DNA of 24,455 bases from Verrucomicrobiota bacterium (lineage in GTDB: Bacteria; Verrucomicrobiota; Verrucomicrobiia; Limisphaerales; Palsa-1400), in the NCBI GenBank assembly GCA_049510745.1, contig JBEKYR010000062.1, positions 1 to 24,455 on the forward strand. Reading direction: 5' to 3'. The stretch's first letter is position 1. Every line of letters begins with the position of its first letter. This document shows, one piece after another, positions 19,595 through 24,455 of this stretch. The position numbers and the translations under genes were made by a program. The notes under the pieces are model-generated. The model saw only the letters and a program-made list of their open reading frames with translations, did no database searches and was not told where the DNA came from.

Positions 19595-19624
19595 AGAATA
19601 TACGCGGCCTTCCCCGCCTGCCAA
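19595..19624 (-). promoter_or_regulatory. Candidate sigma70 promoter for the speY-ODC operon
   Basis: Minus strand TTGGCA-N18-TATTCT (or N16-TATATT), about 35 nt upstream of ATG 19559. Confidence 0.3.
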
Positions 19625-19689
19625 CCCTTTAGTTGCATTTTGTCCCAGAGTTATCATGGACAGTCTGACCGGATAAATTATCCTGCGCC

Positions 19690-20856
19690 ATGATGACTGA
19701 GAAAAAAGCGACGACTTCACGCACTCCGGCGGCCCTCGGATTTGTCATGCCCGCCGAATGGGAGCGGCATGAGGCCACCTGGCTGGGCTGGCCGCACAAT
19801 CCCACCGACTGGCCCCGCAAACTGAGCGCCATCCGCTGGGTTTACGGCGAAATGGTCCGCAAAATCGCCCCGGGCGAAATCGTCCGGCTGTTCGTCAATT
19901 CCAAGAGCGCCGAAACCGCCGCCCGCCGCACCCTGACCCAGGCCCACGCCGATGTCTCCCGCGTCGAGTTCATCATCCACCCGACCAACCGCGGCTGGAC
20001 CCGCGACAGCGGGCCGATCTGCGTCCGGCGCGGCGGAAAGAATCCGGAAACGGCGTTTGTTCATTTTCATTTCAATGCCTGGGCCAAATACCCCGATTGG
20101 CGGCAAGACCGCAAGGCGCCTGAAATTGCGGCCCGGCGCCTGGGCAAACGCCTCTTCAACGCCCAGTGCCAAGGCCGGGACTTTGTCCTCGAAGGCGGCG
20201 CCATTGAGGTCAATGGCCGCGGCACTCTCCTGACGACCGAGGAGTGCCTGCTGGATCAGAAAACCCAGCCGCGCAATCCCGGCCTGGGCCGGAAAGAAAT
20301 TGAATTGACGCTCCATCGCTATCTGGGCGTCAGGAATGTGCTCTGGCTGGGGGGCGGGGTGGTGGGCGACGACACCCACGGCCATGTCGATGACATCTGC
20401 CGGTTTGTCAATGCCACCACCGTGGTGCTGGCGCGGGAGAGCAATCCCAAGGACATCAATTACGCGCCGCTGGCCGAAAACCGGGAACGCCTCGAGGGCT
20501 TGCGCCTGGAAGACGGCTCAAAAATCCAGGTGGTGGCGCTGCCCATGCCCGCGCCGATTTTTTACGACGGCTATCGGTTGCCGGCCAGCTACGCCAATTT
20601 TTACATCAGCAACGCGGCCGTCCTCGTGCCCACCTTCAACGACCCGAACGACCGCATCGCCCTGGGCATCCTGGGCGAATTGTTCCGGGACCGGCCGGTG
20701 GTGGGGATTCACGCGGTGGATTTGGTGCTGGGCTTTGGCACGCTGCATTGCCTGAGCCAGCAGCAGCCGGCCATTGATCGCTCGACGCGCGCGCCGGACG
20801 CCGGTTATTTGCCGGCAACCCGGACCCCGTCTCAAATGAGGAAACAAAATGAATAA
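19690..20856 (+). CDS. aguA: Agmatine deiminase (PAD family)
   Basis: MPAEWERH, WTRDSGP, FNAW, LEGGAIEVNG.GTLLTTEECLL, DDTHGHVDD, ASYANF, GTLHCLSQQQP (catalytic Cys). The C-terminal tail runs into repeat copy 1. Confidence 0.93.
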   Translation: MMTEKKATTSRTPAALGFVMPAEWERHEATWLGWPHNPTDWPRKLSAIRWVYGEMVRKIAPGEIVRLFVNSKSAETAARRTLTQAHADVSRVEFIIHPTNRGWTRDSGPICVRRGGKNPETAFVHFHFNAWAKYPDWRQDRKAPEIAARRLGKRLFNAQCQGRDFVLEGGAIEVNGRGTLLTTEECLLDQKTQPRNPGLGRKEIELTLHRYLGVRNVLWLGGGVVGDDTHGHVDDICRFVNATTVVLARESNPKDINYAPLAENRERLEGLRLEDGSKIQVVALPMPAPIFYDGYRLPASYANFYISNAAVLVPTFNDPNDRIALGILGELFRDRPVVGIHAVDLVLGFGTLHCLSQQQPAIDRSTRAPDAGYLPATRTPSQMRKQNE

Positions 20857-20886
20857 ATACCAGCATCCTAGGACTGACGCCTTTTT
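20833..20886 (+). repeat. Cassette-boundary direct repeat, copy 1
   Basis: caaatgaggaaacaaaatgaataaataccagcatcctaggactgacgccttttt; palindrome TCCTAGGA at 20866-20873. Confidence 0.9.
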
Positions 20887-20965
20887 GTTTTGTTTCCATA
20901 TTCCCTTGTTCGCGGTTGACATCCCAGGCCCGAGGGTCGTTCAGTTAATGCAAGATCACCTTCCT

Positions 20966-21580
20966 ATGAAAAAGTGTTTTGTATTATTTGCGCTCTCGGC
21001 GTGCTGCATTCTCAATGCGGCAGAAACACCCACCAATTTGTTATCCATCTCGCTGGTTGACAACAAGGAGTATCTCTCACGGACCTGTGTAAATCCGCCC
21101 GAGACCAACGAGGTGATGATTATATCCCCGCCCGTGCTTGCCGATAGAGATTTTGCAGCCTTTGACACGACGAATCAGACCTTCGCCATCACCCCTGAAG
21201 CTGCAAAACGACTGGCTAGCGCGATTTGGGTCTTGGGGAAAAAATATTCCCCCGGATGGGAAGCCGTTCCCTATCGGCACTTTCCGGGCGGTGAATACGA
21301 CTTAATTCCGACGCCCGTTCCATTTGTTCTCCAAGTTTCGGGCGAGACGATATACAGCGGCATAATTACCAAAATGACCTCTTCCGACGGCTTCTCGGGA
21401 CCAGCCATACTTGCCGACCAGAACTTCATAACTACCAATTTGGCCCACAACGTGACATTTACCATCTACCGTGGTTACCCACCGCCAAATGGATTCGCAA
21501 CCGGAGGCGGGGTGGATCGGCGCGGTGATAAACGGATCGTGGCGGCCGTTCAAAAGTTGTTTGCGCATGAAAACAAATGA
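20966..21580 (+). CDS. Secreted hypothetical protein (cassette 1)
   Basis: MKKCFVLFALSACCILNAA signal peptide, 204 aa, visibly more AT-rich than flanking genes. The stop TGA lies inside repeat copy 2, and the ORF is open upstream to ATG 20849 inside copy 1. Confidence 0.75.
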   Translation: MKKCFVLFALSACCILNAAETPTNLLSISLVDNKEYLSRTCVNPPETNEVMIISPPVLADRDFAAFDTTNQTFAITPEAAKRLASAIWVLGKKYSPGWEAVPYRHFPGGEYDLIPTPVPFVLQVSGETIYSGIITKMTSSDGFSGPAILADQNFITTNLAHNVTFTIYRGYPPPNGFATGGGVDRRGDKRIVAAVQKLFAHENK

Positions 21581-21626
21581 CGAGACAAAAATGAATGAAT
21601 ACCAATATCCTAGGACTGACCCTTTT
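21574..21626 (+). repeat. Cassette-boundary direct repeat, copy 2
   Basis: caaatgacgagacaaaaatgaatgaataccaatatcctaggactgaccctttt; TCCTAGGA at 21608-21615. Confidence 0.9.
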
Positions 21627-21709
21627 GATTTCGCTTCCACCCTCCCGCTTCTTGCCGCCTTTCACGGGCAGTTGAAGCCGCCACCCCATTCAGTCAAGGA
21701 TGTGCCATA

Positions 21710-22327
21710 ATGATGACGGCTCTGGCCTCTGGAGTTCTCCTTGGACTCTTCTGCGGGCTTGCCCCCGGCCCCCTCCTGGCGCTGGTGCTGGCTCAAACAC
21801 TGCGGCACGGCGCGCGGGAAGGCTGCAAGATCGCCCTGACCCCGCTCGTCACCGATGCGCCGATCATCGCCCTGGCGCTGGCGCTGGCAGCAAAGCTGGC
21901 GCAACTCCACCCGTTGCTCGGCATCGTGTCCCTTGCCGGGGGAGCATTCGTCCTGTATCTGGCCTGGGACGGCTTCAGCCCGGTGCGTGCGGCCCCGGAA
22001 ACCCCGACTGATCGCCCCAGATCGTGGTTCAAGGGAATCTTGACCAATCTGCTCAATCCCCACCCGTGGCTGTTCTGGCTGACGGTTGGGGCGGCGACCT
22101 TGGCGAAAGCGATGGCACAAGGCTGGCCGACCGCTGTCGCCTTCCTGTGCGGCTTTTATCTGCTGCTGGTCGGCTCGAAAGTGCTGGTCGTGCTGCTGGC
22201 CGCGCGATCCCGCGATTTGCTGGCCGGGCGGCCCTATCGGGTGGTGATGCGCGTCCTGGCCGTGCTGCTGGTTTTCTTTGCGTTCCTGCTGTTCCGAGAG
22301 GGATGGAAGCATCTGGCCGCGACATGA
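21710..22327 (+). CDS. LysE/RhtB family translocator (cassette 2)
   Basis: GLAPGPLLALVLAQTLRHGAREG, GGAFVLYLAW, KGILTNLLNPHPWLFW, several TM segments. Confidence 0.9.
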   Translation: MMTALASGVLLGLFCGLAPGPLLALVLAQTLRHGAREGCKIALTPLVTDAPIIALALALAAKLAQLHPLLGIVSLAGGAFVLYLAWDGFSPVRAAPETPTDRPRSWFKGILTNLLNPHPWLFWLTVGAATLAKAMAQGWPTAVAFLCGFYLLLVGSKVLVVLLAARSRDLLAGRPYRVVMRVLAVLLVFFAFLLFREGWKHLAAT

Positions 22328-22449
22328 ACGGTGAGGGTCCTGGGAAATTGGTGTTTGGGGTTGACGAAGTGGGCGGCGAGGGTGATGCTGGCGGGCGTTA
22401 TGGGCAGACCATTGCTTTGATCCAGAACGAAACTGGCGCTTCTGGAAGA

Positions 22450-22497
22450 CAAATGAGGAGACAAAATGATTGAATACCAACATCCTAGGACCCTTTT
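22450..22497 (+). repeat. Cassette-boundary direct repeat, copy 3 (4-nt deletion in the ACTGAC part)
   Basis: caaatgaggagacaaaatgattgaataccaacatcctaggaccctttt; TCCTAGGA at 22483-22490. Confidence 0.9.
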
Positions 22498-22529
22498 CCT
22501 AGCCTCGGCAAGCAAATGAAAGGAAAACT

Positions 22530-24197
22530 ATGGAAAACTTAATCACAACACAGAAATCCGTCAGCGACCTCATTGGGCAGTTTGAGTCAGGGACATTGGC
22601 GATTCCTGAAATCCAAAGAGACGTTGTTTGGGATTCGGACCAGGTCAGGAGCTTGGTCGAGTCGATCAATTTTGGCTATCCGTGCGGATCGCTTATCCTT
22701 TGGGAGCCCCGCGAGAAGGACAAGAATTTGGTGCGTTCCATGATTCGACCGGAGCGCCTTGATCAACATGATGGCGTCCTACCGCGTTATTTCCTCCTCG
22801 ATGGCCAGCAAAGGCTCACAGCAATCGCGTCGGTTCTGCTCAAAAGAGACAAACTCAAAGATATTCTTTGCGAGTTGGAGGAGGATATGCCGTTTATCTA
22901 CGTCAACCTGAAAAAGCTGCCTCGCGAGATGGAGGCAACAACGGACTCTGGGGGTTACAATTACCCTTGGGTCCTAATGAACCGGCTTTACGATGGGTCA
23001 ATCGAACGAGATGAGGAATTCAATAAGCTTTCCTCGGATGACCGCGACGCGATACGCAAATACACACAGGCCTTTCGCGACTACCAATTTCCATTGCAGA
23101 TCATCCGTGACCGAGACTACGCCACGGTTGCCGAGATTTTTACCCTGGTCAACTCTCAGGGAACACAATTGACCGGGGCCGAGATACATCTGGCCAGGAT
23201 TGTTCCACATTGGAAGGGCATTACGAGTGAGTTCAGGGATTATCGCGTTCATCTCCGTGAAAAGAACTACGACCTTGACCTGACCTTTCTGATGCGCGCG
23301 GTGACAATTGTCGAATGCCAAGTACCACAGATAAAGAAACTTGCCGAACGAGTTGCCAAAGACAGGCCGACGCGACACCACCTGGATGAAACATGGCGGA
23401 AGGCGAAGTCGGCGATGGAAAAACTGATCCGCATTCTCCAGCGAGACATAAACTTGGACAAATCCAAATACGTTGTTTCCAAGAATTCGTTGGTTGCCTT
23501 GATTTATTACCTTGCCAACGAGCGAAGTCGCGGCCCTGCCGTCGGGAGCGTGCTCAGGTTCTTTATCCTCTCGCAACTGGCCCAGCACTACAGCGCCGCG
23601 GCTGAGTCGTCGCTGAGGAGGGATTTTCGAATCCTCACTGACCCGTCTGTTACGCCTCGCCAGGGTTTGTCGGAGTTGGTCGACGTAGTTGCCGGCGAGG
23701 CGCGTCAGGCCTATCGTGGAATGAAGATTCCTCCAGGCAAGGTCAAGGGCCTTCCATCAAGGAATGTCATGTTGATGCTGATGTACCTGCTCATGCGCGA
23801 CCGGAAGGCAACGGACTGGGGTTCGGGCAAAGTCAGATGTTTGGATGAAATTTCGCCACAAGACATGCAGCTCCACCACATCTTCCCATTCAATTTCATG
23901 ACGACAGACAAAGCCGCGCAAAAACTGTGCAGGGATTCCGAATACACCCCAGCGGAATTCAGGACGGAAGTGAATGACATCGCAAACCTAACATTCCTGG
24001 GACGGGAGAAGAATGCGGCCATCGGGGATATCCCTCCGTGGCAGTATTTACCAAACGAAACGACGAGGGAAATGCGCAAGGCGCACTTCATTCCGGAGGA
24101 TCCGGAATTATGGAAACTCAGCAGCTTTTCTGAGTTCTTGGCTGCTCGCCGGCAGCTTATCGCAAAGGCAATGACTTCGCTGATTAAATCGCTGTAA
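22530..24197 (+). CDS. GmrSD-family (DUF262 + C-terminal HNH/DUF1524-like) modification-dependent restriction endonuclease
   Basis: IPEIQRDVVW, LLDGQQRLT and IFTLVNSQG (DUF262 motifs); LHHIFP..IANL..N (HNH). RBS AAGGA. Lower GC than the core genes by eye. Confidence 0.85.
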   Translation: MENLITTQKSVSDLIGQFESGTLAIPEIQRDVVWDSDQVRSLVESINFGYPCGSLILWEPREKDKNLVRSMIRPERLDQHDGVLPRYFLLDGQQRLTAIASVLLKRDKLKDILCELEEDMPFIYVNLKKLPREMEATTDSGGYNYPWVLMNRLYDGSIERDEEFNKLSSDDRDAIRKYTQAFRDYQFPLQIIRDRDYATVAEIFTLVNSQGTQLTGAEIHLARIVPHWKGITSEFRDYRVHLREKNYDLDLTFLMRAVTIVECQVPQIKKLAERVAKDRPTRHHLDETWRKAKSAMEKLIRILQRDINLDKSKYVVSKNSLVALIYYLANERSRGPAVGSVLRFFILSQLAQHYSAAAESSLRRDFRILTDPSVTPRQGLSELVDVVAGEARQAYRGMKIPPGKVKGLPSRNVMLMLMYLLMRDRKATDWGSGKVRCLDEISPQDMQLHHIFPFNFMTTDKAAQKLCRDSEYTPAEFRTEVNDIANLTFLGREKNAAIGDIPPWQYLPNETTREMRKAHFIPEDPELWKLSSFSEFLAARRQLIAKAMTSLIKSL

Positions 24198-24234
24198 CAG
24201 TTTTGCTTGTATCCCAGTGAATTGGTACTGAATT

Positions 24235-24298
24235 GGGGTCATATATAAACATTCTACATTTGGAATTGATAAAATGCAGGATGCTTGGATGTAGCCCC
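24235..24298. repeat. Imperfect 27-bp inverted repeat (REPIN-like hairpin)
   Basis: GGGGTCATATATAAACATTCTACATTT-10 nt-AAATGCAGGATGCTTGGATGTAGCCCC: 19/27 Watson-Crick pairs plus 4 G-T pairs on the top strand. Confidence 0.7.
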
Positions 24299-24333
24299 AA
24301 AGTCTGCAATCAAACGAAAGATTCCGTCGGCGG

Positions 24334-24455
24334 GACAAGTGAACAAATTGTTGGGCTGACAAGTGAACAAATTGTTGGGCTGACAAGTGAACAAATTGTT
24401 GGGCTGACAAGTGAACAAATTGTTGGGCTGACAAGTGAACAAATTGTTGGGCTGA
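24334..24455 (+). repeat. Perfect 24-bp tandem repeat, 5 copies plus 2 nt, truncated by the window end
   Basis: Unit GACAAGTGAACAAATTGTTGGGCT at 24334, 24358, 24382, 24406 and 24430, no spacers, internal palindrome AACAA-A-TTGTT. Confidence 0.97.

Noticed and set aside
20833..22497. Boundary repeats as integron attC sites or CRISPR repeats
   Set aside because: No RYYYAAC/GTTRRRY ends and no long internal hairpin. The intervening segments are 700-830 bp and contain whole genes. No intI in the window.
24192..24356. attC formed by CTGTAAC at the GmrSD stop and GTTGGGC in the tandem unit
   Set aside because: The two boxes are not complementary beyond AAC/GTT, and the ~165-bp span exceeds typical attC length.
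24108..24442. Minus-strand ORFs (LSAQQFVH)n and (FTCQPNNL)n as real proteins
   Set aside because: They are open only because the 24-bp unit lacks stops in those frames; there is no other coding evidence and the window is truncated.
24334..24455. 24-bp repeats as a CRISPR array
   Set aside because: The units are directly adjacent with no spacers, and there are no cas genes in the window.

Overview
GC-rich bacterial window, probably Verrucomicrobiota subdivision 3 / Pedosphaera-like (inferred from the N-methyl/H-X9-DG-family prepilin-like protein, the MurJ N-terminus MSQMLKSS and short intergenic oligomer repeats). Positions 1-20.8 kb hold housekeeping and metabolic genes: FG-GAP/VCBS protein, PTS EIIA, argS, a secreted double-HMA protein, a prepilin-like protein, murJ, an OsmC-family gene, a divergent pyrimidine catabolism cluster (mmsA and a plant-PYD1-like preA lacking Fe-S domains, facing cytosine deaminase, LOG and HAD), a GH31 glycosidase and a polyamine locus (ornithine decarboxylase, deoxyhypusine-synthase-like homospermidine synthase, agmatine deiminase). 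The last 3.6 kb is the most unusual part. Three unrelated single genes (secreted hypothetical, LysE, GmrSD-type restriction nuclease), all on the + strand, are each preceded by a copy of a ~50-bp direct repeat (CAAATGA..ATG..TACCA..ATCCTAGGAC(TGA)C-C-TTTT). The repeat is neither attC nor CRISPR, contains a stop/SD/ATG module, and resembles the ends of Y1/RAYT-type transposase elements. The array is closed by an imperfect GGGGTCA..TAGCCCC hairpin, and five perfect 24-bp tandem repeats then run off the window end. All calls come from reading the sequence and the ORF track; no searches were run.
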